From contig OZ243984.1 of assembly GCA_965214905.1 (NCBI GenBank), positions 2,369,037 through 2,433,036 on the forward strand: a stretch of 64,000 nucleotides of DNA. The letters run 5' to 3'. Source of the DNA: an uncultured Candidatus Binatia bacterium (GTDB lineage Bacteria > Desulfobacterota > Binatia > UBA9968 > JAJDTQ01). The position numbers and the translations under genes were made by a program. A model generated the notes under the pieces. The model saw nothing but the letters and a program-made list of their open reading frames with translations, was not told where the DNA came from and ran no database searches. Positions 47,004 to 56,953 of this stretch are shown here, piece after piece; position 1 is the stretch's first letter; each line of letters starts with the position of its first letter.

Positions 47004-49232
47004 CTACCCCTTCCGGTTCAGCGCTTCGAACACCTTCTCCGAGGTGATGGGCAGTGAGGTGATGCGGACGCCCACGGCGTCGGCGACGGCGTTGGCGATG
47101 GCGCCGGCCGTGGGGATGTTGGCGGTTTCGCCGATGGCCATGCTGTTGTAGGGTCCGGGGCCTCGCCTGGTTTCCGATACCAGGGTCGTCAGTTCCGGGA
47201 CGTCCCGCATGGTGGGGATCTTGTAGTCGCCGAAGTTGGCGGTGGTGACCTTGCCGTCATCCACCATGAGGTGCTCCATCAGGCCGTAGCCGATGCCGGT
47301 CATGCTGGCGCCCTCGATCTGGCCCTGGTGCATGAGCGGGTTCAGGATGGTGCCGGTGCTGTGGCTCGTTACCAGCCGCTTGAGCTCGACGTTGCCGGTT
47401 TCGGGGTCCACCTCCACCTCGGCGATCTGCGCGCACATGGCGGCGTCCGGGACCTTGGAAGTGTCGTCGTAGAGTCCGACGGTCTCGATGGCCGAGCCCT
47501 TGGCCTTGACCACGTCGGCGTAGCTGATGCCCCGGTCGGCGCTCTTGTGGACCACCCGTCCGTCAGACAGGTCGAGGTCGTCCCTGGGCGCGTCCAGCGC
47601 ATTGGCCGCGTGCTCCAGGAGCTCCTCCCGCGTCTTCATGACGCCGTCGTAGCCCGCGTTGCCGTAGACCCGGGTGCCGCGGCTGCCGCCCAGTCCGGAA
47701 TCCTTGATGCCGACGCTGGTGTCGAAGTGTTCGAACCGGATGCATTCGGCCGGGATCTTGAGCTCCTGCTCCGCCATCTGCTCCAGCAGCGTGAAGGTGC
47801 CCACGCCCTGGTCCAGCATGGCGGATGACACGGTCAGGGTGCCGGTGTCGTCCAGCCTGAACTTCACCAGCCCCTTGCCGCCGTTCACCGACCACTGCAC
47901 GAGCCCGATGCCGCGGCCCACGTTCCTGGGCCGGGGCTCGTAGTAGTTCACCTCTTCGAGGGCGCGGTCGAAGACCCCGTGGGAGCCGACGTAGTCGATT
48001 TTTTCGCCCACAGGCGAATCCGCGACTCCCTCCAGGAGGTTCTTCTTGCGCAGGTCGGCCGGGTTCATGTCCAGCGCCTTGGCGAGCAGGTCGAGTTGGC
48101 TCTCGTTGGCGAAGAATCCCTGCGGGTCGCCCGGCGAGCGCATGTGTCCGCACGGCACCTGGTTGGTGTACACCATGTGCTCTTCCACGAAGGTGTTGGG
48201 CATGTTGTAGGGTCCGGGGGATTTCTGCGGTCCGCCGAGAATGCCGTTGGGCTTGAACGCGCAATAGGCGCCGGTGTCGAATACGAAGTCCATGTGGTGG
48301 GCGGTGATGGTGCCGTCCTTCCTGGCGCCGGTCCTGACCTTGATGATGGAAGCGTGGCGCGGGTTGCCGGCGATGAACTCCTCGTCGTAGTCCATGACGA
48401 TCTTCACCGGCCGCCCATGGCTCTTCTTCGAAAGGGAGTAGCACAGGGCGATGTCCATGAAGTCGCCCTTGCCGCCGAAGTCGCCGCCGATGTAGCAGGG
48501 ATGGACCACAAGGGTCTCGGGGTCCACCTGGACGGCGTTGGCCACCTGGTCGCGGATGCCGAAAGGCACCTTGCTGCACGCCCATATCTCGGCCGCGCCC
48601 GTGGCCGGGTCGGTCCTGGCCACGCAGGAATGCGGCTCGATGTAGGCTTGGTGGACCTTGGGCGTGGTGAAGGTGTTCTCGACGATGACGTCCGCCTCCT
48701 CGAAGCCCTTGCTGATGTCGCCCTTTTCCCAGTTGACGTAGATCACCCGGTTGGTGGGGCCGGTGAGCTTCTGCGGCAGGCCCTTGTAGGTGTGGACCTC
48801 CGGGTGCAGGAGCGGCGCCGATGCCTCCATGGCCTCCATCGGATCGAGCACGGGATCCATTTCCTCATACTCGACCTCGATGAGGGCGGCGGCTTCTTCG
48901 GCCGCGTCTTCCGTTTCCGCGGACACCGCTGCCACTTTTTCGCCGATGAACCGCACGACGCCGTCGGCCACGATGGGCATGTCCACCACGCGCCGGCCGA
49001 TGCGCAGTCCGGCGACGTCCTCGCCGGTGAGGATGCCGACGACGCCCGGCACCTGCATGGCCTTGCTGGTGTCGATGCTCTTGATGCGGCCATAGGAGAT
49101 GGGGCTGCGCAGGATCTTGCCCCAGAGCATGTCGGGGAACGTGATGTCCACCGCGTATTTGGCCTTGCCGCTTACCTTGTGCTCTCCATCGATGCGGGGT
49201 GTCGGAACTCCCACGCTGTGTGTCACTGCCAT
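47004..49232 (-). CDS. Xanthine dehydrogenase family molybdopterin-binding subunit
   Basis: KVSGKAKYAVD, VRFIGEKVAAV, QAYIEPH, IGGDFGGKG, MRSPG, GGSRGT, EVEVDPETG, GQIEG, IGETAN. RBS GGAGG. Confidence 0.92.
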   Translation of the reverse strand: MAVTHSVGVPTPRIDGEHKVSGKAKYAVDITFPDMLWGKILRSPISYGRIKSIDTSKAMQVPGVVGILTGEDVAGLRIGRRVVDMPIVADGVVRFIGEKVAAVSAETEDAAEEAAALIEVEYEEMDPVLDPMEAMEASAPLLHPEVHTYKGLPQKLTGPTNRVIYVNWEKGDISKGFEEADVIVENTFTTPKVHQAYIEPHSCVARTDPATGAAEIWACSKVPFGIRDQVANAVQVDPETLVVHPCYIGGDFGGKGDFMDIALCYSLSKKSHGRPVKIVMDYDEEFIAGNPRHASIIKVRTGARKDGTITAHHMDFVFDTGAYCAFKPNGILGGPQKSPGPYNMPNTFVEEHMVYTNQVPCGHMRSPGDPQGFFANESQLDLLAKALDMNPADLRKKNLLEGVADSPVGEKIDYVGSHGVFDRALEEVNYYEPRPRNVGRGIGLVQWSVNGGKGLVKFRLDDTGTLTVSSAMLDQGVGTFTLLEQMAEQELKIPAECIRFEHFDTSVGIKDSGLGGSRGTRVYGNAGYDGVMKTREELLEHAANALDAPRDDLDLSDGRVVHKSADRGISYADVVKAKGSAIETVGLYDDTSKVPDAAMCAQIAEVEVDPETGNVELKRLVTSHSTGTILNPLMHQGQIEGASMTGIGYGLMEHLMVDDGKVTTANFGDYKIPTMRDVPELTTLVSETRRGPGPYNSMAIGETANIPTAGAIANAVADAVGVRITSLPITSEKVFEALNRKG

Positions 49233-49311
49233 GTGCTCACCTCCAATGCGTCGTTGGGGTGTGACCGTAACGGTCCCGTGAATAGCGCATTTCCGTCTAT
49301 AGGGGGCAGGG

Positions 49312-49476
49312 CTACTGTAGTGTCCTATAGAAACCGTAGATAATCTGCTGGTCCTTTTCACCGTCGGCTGCGTGGCTCCGTCTCGCGTGGTATCGGCCAC
49401 GGCTCGTTGTCGCGCCTTGCCGACGGCAAAAAGTCCTGCCCATCTTATCCACGGTTCCTATAGGACACTACACTAG
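49312..49476. mobile_element. MITE-like element with 32-bp terminal inverted repeats
   Basis: CTACTGTAGTGTCCTATAGAAACCGTAGATAA versus the reverse complement of TTATCCACGGTTCCTATAGGACACTACACTAG (3 mismatches). Internal CCGTCGGC/GCCGACGG pair. Confidence 0.7.
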
Positions 49477-50996
49477 ACCAGCCGGCTTTCCGGGAACATG
49501 AACGAGCGGATGGTGACCGGGATGACTTCGGTGACGCCCATGGCGCTGCCGACGTCGATGAAGTCCAGGTCGCCCACGTCGATGCCGTCCACGGCGATGA
49601 CCTCCGGCGCGACCTTCAATTCTTCCTTGAGGATGCCGCCGAGGGATTTGGCCACGTCCATGTCCAGGATCAGGAAAACGTCGAGGTTCGAATCCCCCGG
49701 ATCTTCCGGGTCGTTGACCACCGCGGCGATGCCCTCGGCCACGCGCCGGATGAACTTGTAGTTGGGCACGCCCTGCAGGCCCAGGGCCAAGGCCAGACCC
49801 GGCTTGAATTTCTCCAGGTCGAACTTGGCCAGCGCCGTCCGAAGGGCGCCCGGCACATCGGAATCCTCGTCGATGAGCGTCTTGACCACCTGCAGGCCGT
49901 AGACCGGAAGCGGGGTCTCGCTGGAGATGTAGCTGGTGTTGCCGCTGGCCTGGATGGTGTACTCGCCGGCTCCGATGACGGTGGCCCGGATCCCTTCCGT
50001 AGGCTCCTTGACCAGTTCCGCCCGGTTGAGCTCGGCGATGCGCGCGCGGATTTCCTTGCCCAGATACGGGCCGACGTCGCCGTAGGACGGTGTCTCGTGG
50101 TCGTAGATGTGCTCGGAGACCCCGCCCGAGAAGACGATGTGGTCGATGCTGCTCAGGCCGTCGTAATCGGGTAGCTGATCGGTTACGAGCAAGTGTGCCT
50201 CCAGGTCGGACAGGGGCTTCGCCTGGATGACGTTGAAGAGATAGGTCCCCATGTAGGCGGCGAACGCCGTCTTGACGTCGTCGGTGATGACCTGACCCAC
50301 TTCCACCGGCGCGCCCAGCTCCCTGGTAATGAACTTGGCGGGGAGTTCCACCCGCGTCACCACGTTGTCTTCGTCGAACGCGATGAGCCGCGCGCCCACG
50401 CTGATGGCCGCGGTCTGCGTCACGGTTCCGTCCCGGATCACGGACAGCTTCGTGGTGCCGCCGCCCATGTCGATGTTCAGCACCGTGGCGTTGGCCGATT
50501 TCGACAGGTCCACCGCGCCGCAGCCGTAGGCCGCCAGCAGCGCCTCGTGGTTGGGTCCCGCGGATGCGCAGATGAACTTGCCGGAATCCTTGGCGAAATA
50601 CTCGAGGATCGGGCGGGAGTTCTCCTTGTTGAGGGCCTCACCCGTGATCACCACGGCGCCGGTGTCGATGTCGTCGTGCGTGTAGCCGGCCACGCGGTAG
50701 GATTCGTGGATGAAGTCCTCCACCTTGGCCGTGTCGATGAGCGTACCGGAGCTGTACGGCGTCAGCATGATGGGAGAGCGGTACAGCACCTCCCGGTCCG
50801 TGACCCTGAACCGGGCCGAGAGCCCGGCGCCCTCGCGCCGGAGGGTCAGATGGGAGAAGACGAGATGCGAGGTGGAAGAGCCGATGTCGATGCCCACGCT
50901 GGTGAGCGAGAACATCTCGATCCCTTCGATGTCCTCCACGATGGCATCGGGGCCGGGGTGAAAGTGTTCGGGATTGTCCGCGTCGTCGTGCATCAT
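49473..50996 (-). CDS. EutA-like ASKHA-fold ATPase (reactivase family)
   Basis: SVGIDIGSSTSHLVFS, DTGAVVITGE, ASAGPNHE..G, NIDMGGGTTK, FSGGVSE, IRATVIGAG, LDFIDVG, PVTIRS. Confidence 0.85.
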   Translation of the reverse strand: MMHDDADNPEHFHPGPDAIVEDIEGIEMFSLTSVGIDIGSSTSHLVFSHLTLRREGAGLSARFRVTDREVLYRSPIMLTPYSSGTLIDTAKVEDFIHESYRVAGYTHDDIDTGAVVITGEALNKENSRPILEYFAKDSGKFICASAGPNHEALLAAYGCGAVDLSKSANATVLNIDMGGGTTKLSVIRDGTVTQTAAISVGARLIAFDEDNVVTRVELPAKFITRELGAPVEVGQVITDDVKTAFAAYMGTYLFNVIQAKPLSDLEAHLLVTDQLPDYDGLSSIDHIVFSGGVSEHIYDHETPSYGDVGPYLGKEIRARIAELNRAELVKEPTEGIRATVIGAGEYTIQASGNTSYISSETPLPVYGLQVVKTLIDEDSDVPGALRTALAKFDLEKFKPGLALALGLQGVPNYKFIRRVAEGIAAVVNDPEDPGDSNLDVFLILDMDVAKSLGGILKEELKVAPEVIAVDGIDVGDLDFIDVGSAMGVTEVIPVTIRSFMFPESRLV

Positions 50997-50999
50997 GGC

Positions 51000-52130
51000 C
51001 TACTGTTTTCCCATCCCCTTGGACCATTCGTAGTCGTAGTTGGTGTAGGCTTCCTCGTGCATCAGGCTGGTGGTGCCTCGTTTGGCCAATTCCTCCTCGA
51101 ACCTGGCCCGGATGAAGGGATCCTCGTCCGGATACTCGATCTGGTCCTTGGCCCGGTCCTCGACCTTTTCCGCGTAGCCGTGGAACTGCATGGGCGGATG
51201 GAACGCCAGATACCGCGCGGGCGTGGCGCCGGCGTTGAAGTGCTGGTGAAACCACTTGTTGGGTGGCACGAAGACGCTGGCCTCGTGCCACGGAACCACG
51301 ATCTTCTCCTTGCCCTCTTCCCACAGGATCGAATAGCCTTCGCCCGCCGGAATGACGATGACCCGGCCCGGGCCGTGCCGGTGGGCCTTCTTGTAGGTGC
51401 GCGCCGCGAACACGGACATGTGGCAGGAAAGCTCCGAGTTGGGGAACTCGATGAACACGCTGTGGCCGCCGGCGCCCCGCCTCTTGTTTTCGTCGAGCTT
51501 GTCCCAGGCCCGCATGTCAGGGAAGAAGTTGCCGTACCAGTAGACGCGGCGGTTCCATACGTTCCACTTGCCGGAATCCGTGACCATCTTGGCCTCGGAG
51601 TAGAACTCGCCTTCCTCGGAAGCGATGACGTCCTGGCCGGAAAAGGGATTGTCGAAGAAGAAATCCGGATCGCCCACCGAGGACATGGCCAGCGGCAGGT
51701 AGTTGTAATGCAGCAGGCGGACCACCTTATCGCCTTGCATGTTGTTGATCGTGTAGTGGTAGTTGCGGGGGACGATGAACATGCTGTTGTTCTGCCACTC
51801 GAAGGTCTTCCGGGTGCCGTTGTCATCGCGCCACACGGTGGTGGTGCCGCGGCCTTCCACGACATAGACTACCTCATCGAGGGCGAACCGTACCGGCGGA
51901 CTCGATTCTCCGGGGGCGATCTCCTGGATCCAGGCGCCGGTCACACCTTCCTGCCCCATGAGCTGCATGAAGGCCGCCTTGCATTTGCGGTCCTCCCACC
52001 ATTCGAGATCGCACGTGCGCAGGTCCCCGATGAAGTATCCCGTGTGGATCGGAATGCCGAGGGACTCCATCCAGTGGTCGTAGGTGAACTTGGTCTTCTC
52101 TGCTACGGCATCGCTGATATCTTCTCCCAT
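51000..52130 (-). CDS. Bicupin protein
   Basis: DEVVYVVEGRG, YKKAHRHGPG, PPNKWFHQHFN, QIEYPDEDP. Confidence 0.82.
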   Translation of the reverse strand: MGEDISDAVAEKTKFTYDHWMESLGIPIHTGYFIGDLRTCDLEWWEDRKCKAAFMQLMGQEGVTGAWIQEIAPGESSPPVRFALDEVVYVVEGRGTTTVWRDDNGTRKTFEWQNNSMFIVPRNYHYTINNMQGDKVVRLLHYNYLPLAMSSVGDPDFFFDNPFSGQDVIASEEGEFYSEAKMVTDSGKWNVWNRRVYWYGNFFPDMRAWDKLDENKRRGAGGHSVFIEFPNSELSCHMSVFAARTYKKAHRHGPGRVIVIPAGEGYSILWEEGKEKIVVPWHEASVFVPPNKWFHQHFNAGATPARYLAFHPPMQFHGYAEKVEDRAKDQIEYPDEDPFIRARFEEELAKRGTTSLMHEEAYTNYDYEWSKGMGKQ

Positions 52131-52468
52131 GGGACAACTCCTTGAAGTGAAATTGGCGTGAACTGGAATTTCCCGGGTGACTGGAGATCAGCCCGGGGAA
52201 CAAAAACCGGCCGGCGTTGGCGCAGCCCGTACAGCCTGTAAACGGAGTCATCTATATAGCGTCCCGCGGCACCGGGGGTCAAGACCGTGGCCCGTCCGAC
52301 ACCCCTGAGAGGGGTCGGGACCGCATCGGCCGACCGTCGCAAACCCGTTGCAATCGTTTGTTGATTGACAGCCTGCCATAATACTGCGAAATCTATTGCG
52401 AAATCCTGTCATTCAGGAGCTTCCCGTGGAGGTTCTCTCCGGCCTTCCCGATGAGAGAATGAAAAGTC

Positions 52469-54364
52469 ATGTCCATCCTGAAGATGATCGACGGTCCGGC
52501 TGACCTCAAGAATCTGTCTCCCGAGCAGTTCCCGCCGCTATGCGAGGAGATCCGCGAGCAGATCATCTCGGTCATCTCCGACGTGGGCGGCCACCTCGCC
52601 TCCAATCTCGGCGTCGTCGAACTGACCGTCGCCCTTCATTACCTGCTGGACACGCCCAGGGACCTCATCGTCTGGGATACCGGCAACCAGGCCTATGCCC
52701 ACAAACTGCTGACCGGGCGTCAGGAGCAGTTTCACACCATCCGGCAATTCGGCGGATTGAGCGGGTTCTGCAAACGCGAGGAGAGCGAGTACGATACCTT
52801 CAACGCCGGCCACGCCGGCACCGGCGTGTCGGCCGCGGTAGGATTCGTGCAGGCCCGCGAGCAGCGGAAACAGTCACACAAGGTCGTGTGCGTCGTCGGC
52901 GACGGCGCGCTGACCTCGGGATTGACCATGGAGGGTCTCCAGCATGCGGGCGGTTCGAAAAAAAACCTGCTGGTGATCCTGAACGACAACCAGATGTCCA
53001 TCTCGAAGAACGTCGGGGCGATCTCCGCCTATCTGAACCGGACCATCACCGGCGAGTTCTTCGACCGCATCACGGAAGAGACGAAACGGGTCCTGGGCAA
53101 GATGCCGCACATCGGCGACCGGGTGCAGAGAATGGCCAGGCGGGCCCAGGAACTGGCCAAGGGGCTGCTGCTGCCCGGGTTGCTGTTCGAGGAGCTGGGG
53201 TTCCGGTACTTCGGGCCCATCGACGGCCACAAGTTCGAGCATTTGCTGCCGACCCTGGAGAATGTGCTCAAGCTGGACGGTCCTACCTTGCTGCACCTGG
53301 TCACGAAAAAGGGGTTGGGCTACCGACCGGCCATGGACAATCCCGTGTGGTTCCACGCCAGCTCGCCCTTCGACCGCGACACGGGCTTGCCCAAAAAAAA
53401 ATCCGCGAGACCCTCCTACAGCAGCTTCGCCGTCAACACGCTCATTCAACTGGCCCGGGAGGATCCCCGTGTGGTGGCGATTACGGCCGCCATGTCCGAG
53501 GGGACGGGATTGGCCGCGTTCGAAAGCGTCTTTCCCGAGCGGCTCTACGACGTCGGCATCGCCGAGCAGCACGCCGTGACCTTTGCCGCGGGCCTGGCCG
53601 CTCAGGGCATGCGACCGGTGATCCCCATCTATTCGACCTTCCTGCAACGGGCCTATGACCAGGTGGTCCACGACGTCGCCACACAGAATCTTCCGGTGAC
53701 GTTCTGCATCGACCGCGGCGGACTGGTGGCCGAAGACGGCGCCACCCACCACGGAGCGTTCGATCTCGCCTACCTCCGGCATGTGCCGAACATGGTGATC
53801 ATGGCCCCCAAGGACGAGAACGAGTTGCAGCACATGGTCATGTCGTGCATCAGCTTCGACAGGCCCGCGGCCGTTCGCTATCCTCGGGGATCGAGCCTCG
53901 GGGTGGACATGGACCCGAGGCCGCAAGCGCTGCCCCTGGGCAAAGGCGAGCTCCTGCGGGAGGGCACGGACATCGCCCTGGTGGCCATCGGCGTCACAGT
54001 GCATCCGGCAGTGGCCGCAGCCGAGCGGCTGGCGCAGAAGGGGATTTCCGCCGCGGTGGTCAACGCCCGGTTCGTCAAGCCCCTCGACGGCGACTTGATC
54101 GGAGCCGTGGCGAGGGAAGTGAAGTGCCTGCTCACGGTGGAGGAATCCACTGCCATGGGCGGATTCGGGTCGGCCGTGCTCGAGCTGTTGTCCGAAAAGG
54201 CCATCATGAACCTGCCGACGAAGTGTCTGGGGTTGCCCGACTGTTTCATCGAGCAGGGGCCTCAGGACTTGCTGCGCGAGCAATACGGCCTGACCGCCGA
54301 CGGCATCTGTCGACAAGCTGAACTGTTGTTGGCCCACGTTTCCCGCGAAGCAGTCGTCGTCTGA
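52469..54364 (+). CDS. dxs: 1-deoxy-D-xylulose-5-phosphate synthase
   Basis: GGHLASNLG, GDGALTSG..LNDNQMSIS, GPIDGH, DVGIAEQHAV, YSTFLQRAYDQ, DGATHHG, RYPRG. Confidence 0.93.
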   Translation: MSILKMIDGPADLKNLSPEQFPPLCEEIREQIISVISDVGGHLASNLGVVELTVALHYLLDTPRDLIVWDTGNQAYAHKLLTGRQEQFHTIRQFGGLSGFCKREESEYDTFNAGHAGTGVSAAVGFVQAREQRKQSHKVVCVVGDGALTSGLTMEGLQHAGGSKKNLLVILNDNQMSISKNVGAISAYLNRTITGEFFDRITEETKRVLGKMPHIGDRVQRMARRAQELAKGLLLPGLLFEELGFRYFGPIDGHKFEHLLPTLENVLKLDGPTLLHLVTKKGLGYRPAMDNPVWFHASSPFDRDTGLPKKKSARPSYSSFAVNTLIQLAREDPRVVAITAAMSEGTGLAAFESVFPERLYDVGIAEQHAVTFAAGLAAQGMRPVIPIYSTFLQRAYDQVVHDVATQNLPVTFCIDRGGLVAEDGATHHGAFDLAYLRHVPNMVIMAPKDENELQHMVMSCISFDRPAAVRYPRGSSLGVDMDPRPQALPLGKGELLREGTDIALVAIGVTVHPAVAAAERLAQKGISAAVVNARFVKPLDGDLIGAVAREVKCLLTVEESTAMGGFGSAVLELLSEKAIMNLPTKCLGLPDCFIEQGPQDLLREQYGLTADGICRQAELLLAHVSREAVVV

Positions 54365-54451
54365 CGGAGAGAAAATGCGGGAATGAGAATGACGGAGAGT
54401 GCGGAATGACGGGTTCCCCGGCAGCGGTTCGTTGCAATGGATCTTGCCGCT

Positions 54452-55408
54452 TCACACGGCCGATTCCTCGGCGCCGAACAGATCCTGCGGCAGCTTGAAG
54501 GTCACGTTCTCCTCGATGCCGTCGAGGTCGGTCAAGGCAACCTCGAACATGTCGCAGAGCCGGTCCACCAGCCCTCGCACCAGATCTTCGGGCGCCGACG
54601 CGCCGGCGGTGATTCCTGCCGTCTGCGCCCCTTCCAGCCAGGCAGGCTTCAAGCTCCCGGCATCCGCAATAAGGTAGCTGTCGGTTCCGGCTTCCTCGGC
54701 GATCTCGCGCAGCCGGTTCGAGTTCGAGCTGTGATCGGAGCCGATGACCAGGATCACGTCGGACTGCTCCGCCAAAAGCCGCACCGCGGACTGTCGGTTC
54801 TGCGTCGCGTAGCAGATGTCCTTCACGTCCGGACCCCGGATCTCCGGGAAACGGGACTTCAACGCGGCTATGATCTCGCGGGTATCGTCGACGCTGAGGG
54901 TCGTTTGCGTCACGTACGCAAGCGTCGCCGGGTCGGCGGGCTCCAACGCCGCCACACCGGCCGCGTTGGAAATCAAGTGCACTTTGCCCGGCACCTGCCC
55001 CATGGTTCCCTCGACTTCCGGGTGTCCGGCGTGCCCGATGAGCACGACCTCGCAACCCTGCCGCGCATAGCGTTGCGCCTCGATGTGCACCTTGCTCACC
55101 AGCGGACAAGTGGCGTCGATGACCTCCAGGCCGCGAGCATCGGCGGCGTCCTCCACCTTCCGGGAGACGCCGTGGGCGCTGAACACCGTGACCGCGCCTT
55201 TGGGGATTTCGGAAACCTTCTCGACGAAGCGTGCGCCCTTGTCGCGCAAGTCGTCAACCACGTGCTGGTTGTGGACGATCTCGTGCCGCACGTAGACGGG
55301 GGCGCCGTGGATCCGGAGCGCGCGCTCCACGATATCCACGGCTCTTACGACACCGGCGCAGAAACCGCGCGGTTGCGCCAGGATGACTCGCAAGGGTTGC
55401 TTTGCCAC
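54452..55408 (-). CDS. ispH: 4-hydroxy-3-methylbut-2-enyl diphosphate reductase
   Basis: [51 protein letters not shown] start after GGAGG. Confidence 0.95.
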   Translation of the reverse strand: MAKQPLRVILAQPRGFCAGVVRAVDIVERALRIHGAPVYVRHEIVHNQHVVDDLRDKGARFVEKVSEIPKGAVTVFSAHGVSRKVEDAADARGLEVIDATCPLVSKVHIEAQRYARQGCEVVLIGHAGHPEVEGTMGQVPGKVHLISNAAGVAALEPADPATLAYVTQTTLSVDDTREIIAALKSRFPEIRGPDVKDICYATQNRQSAVRLLAEQSDVILVIGSDHSSNSNRLREIAEEAGTDSYLIADAGSLKPAWLEGAQTAGITAGASAPEDLVRGLVDRLCDMFEVALTDLDGIEENVTFKLPQDLFGAEESAV

Positions 55409-55529
55409 TGGAATCCCTCCAATCCCGCCGTACAGGCCCTTCGACACGCTCTTACTATGCAGCAGTCGCACCCGAGGGTCAATGATCGCCCCCTGATCGA
55501 ACTTTCACCGAAGGACCGGGAGCAACACC

Positions 55530-55668
55530 GGAAATTCCGATTCGAGCGCCGTGCTCTTGCTCCCTCTCGGAGGTGGGCGACGCAGCCCGAGGCAGCGGAA
55601 GCTGGAAATTCCGATTCGAGCGCCTTGCTCTTGCACCCTCTCCCTCAGGGAGAGGGTTGGGGTGAGGG
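55530..55668. repeat. 39-bp direct repeat x2 plus CCCTCTCCCT/AGGGAGAGGG palindrome
   Basis: GGAAATTCCGATTCGAGCGCC(G/T)TGCTCTTGC(T/A)CCCTCTC at 55530-55568 and 55604-55642. Hairpin at 55636-55656. Confidence 0.75.
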
Positions 55669-55689
55669 TCCTCCGGTTGAAGTGAGGGT

Positions 55690-56940
55690 TCATCCCATGA
55701 TCGCGCGCGCGGCCATGTGGCCCGACCGGACGGCGCTCTCGATGGTGGCGGGCAGCCCGGTATCGATCCAATCCCCGGCCAGGTACAGGTTGGCGAAACG
55801 GCTTCGCGTACCGGGGCGGAGCTTCACCTGGGCGGGGGTCTGCGCGAACGTCGCGCGTTTCTCCTTGACCACGCGGTATGGGGGCAACGGGTCCGGGTCG
55901 CGGGCGAGGGCGGCGGCGACGTCGCGCCAGGTTTTGCGGGCGATCACGTCGGGTTGCTCATCGACCATGTCATCGGCCGCGCTGACGGTGACGGAGGCCA
56001 CCTCGCCGCGAACGAACAGCCACTGGGCGGTTCCGCCGATCAGCCCGAGAAACGGCATCTCCGCCGGCAGGCCGGCGGGCTCGGACAAGCGGAAGTGCGC
56101 GTTGACGATGGCGTGGCTTTCCTCCGGCACGGTGAGATCCGGCACCAGGGTTGCCGCGGCCGGCGGCGGCAGTGCAACGACCACATGGTCGCCGTCCTTC
56201 AACGCCACCGTTTCGGTGCCGAAGTCCAGGCTCCGCGCCGCGCCGCCCTCGTAAGCGATGCCGCGCGACCGGGCTCCGAACCGAAGGGCGGCGCCGCGTC
56301 GGCGCAGAAACTCCACCGCCCCATCCACGAAGGTTCCGGAGAGCCCCGTCCTGGCGATTCGAGGCCGGCAGGCCGCCTCTCCCTTGCCGAAGGTGTCGCG
56401 CAGCACGGGCCACAAGAGACACGCGGCGCCGGTTCGTACCGGGCAGTTGAGCGCCGCCACCGCCAAGGGCTCCCAGAACCGCTCGAACAAGGCGCCACGG
56501 TCGCCAACGCAATCGGTCACGGTGCGGTCCGCGCCGGCCAAGGCGAAACGGAGACCCGACCAGTAGTCCCGGGCCCGGGTGTCGGGCACGCGCCGCCGGG
56601 GGTCGAGGATCCACCAGGGCAACCTCCCGGCGTTGGGCCGCAGGCGCCACCGCCGGCCCGTGCCCAGATCCAGGAACGGAAAGCACGCCGAAGCGGGACC
56701 CACCAGTTGGTCGTCGGCGCCGATGTCCGCCAGATAGCGCATGGTGGACTTGTTGCCGGTCAGGAGCAGATGGTTGCCGTTGTCGATGGAGAGATCGAGT
56801 CTGGCGTCGAACCAGGATCGGCAGCGGCCGCCGGCTTGGCCGCTCGCCTCGTAGAGGGTAACGGCATGCCCCGCCCGCGCCAGCGATACCGCGGTGGAGA
56901 GGCCGGCCAGGCCGGCGCCGATGACGTGCGTTCGGGCCAC
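55690..56940 (-). CDS. hpnE: Hydroxysqualene dehydroxylase
   Basis: GAGLAGL, GGRCRS, IDNGNHLL, IVNAHF, EKRATF, LAGDWIDTGLPATIESAVRSG. Confidence 0.9.
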   Translation of the reverse strand: MARTHVIGAGLAGLSTAVSLARAGHAVTLYEASGQAGGRCRSWFDARLDLSIDNGNHLLLTGNKSTMRYLADIGADDQLVGPASACFPFLDLGTGRRWRLRPNAGRLPWWILDPRRRVPDTRARDYWSGLRFALAGADRTVTDCVGDRGALFERFWEPLAVAALNCPVRTGAACLLWPVLRDTFGKGEAACRPRIARTGLSGTFVDGAVEFLRRRGAALRFGARSRGIAYEGGAARSLDFGTETVALKDGDHVVVALPPPAAATLVPDLTVPEESHAIVNAHFRLSEPAGLPAEMPFLGLIGGTAQWLFVRGEVASVTVSAADDMVDEQPDVIARKTWRDVAAALARDPDPLPPYRVVKEKRATFAQTPAQVKLRPGTRSRFANLYLAGDWIDTGLPATIESAVRSGHMAARAIMG

Positions 56941-56953
56941 GGGGAGAAGGCCG

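Noticed and set aside
55530-55642. Repeat-spacer-repeat with CRISPR-like dimensions (39/35/39)
   Set aside because: Only two copies, no cas genes or AT-rich leader, and it merges into a common REP-type hairpin.
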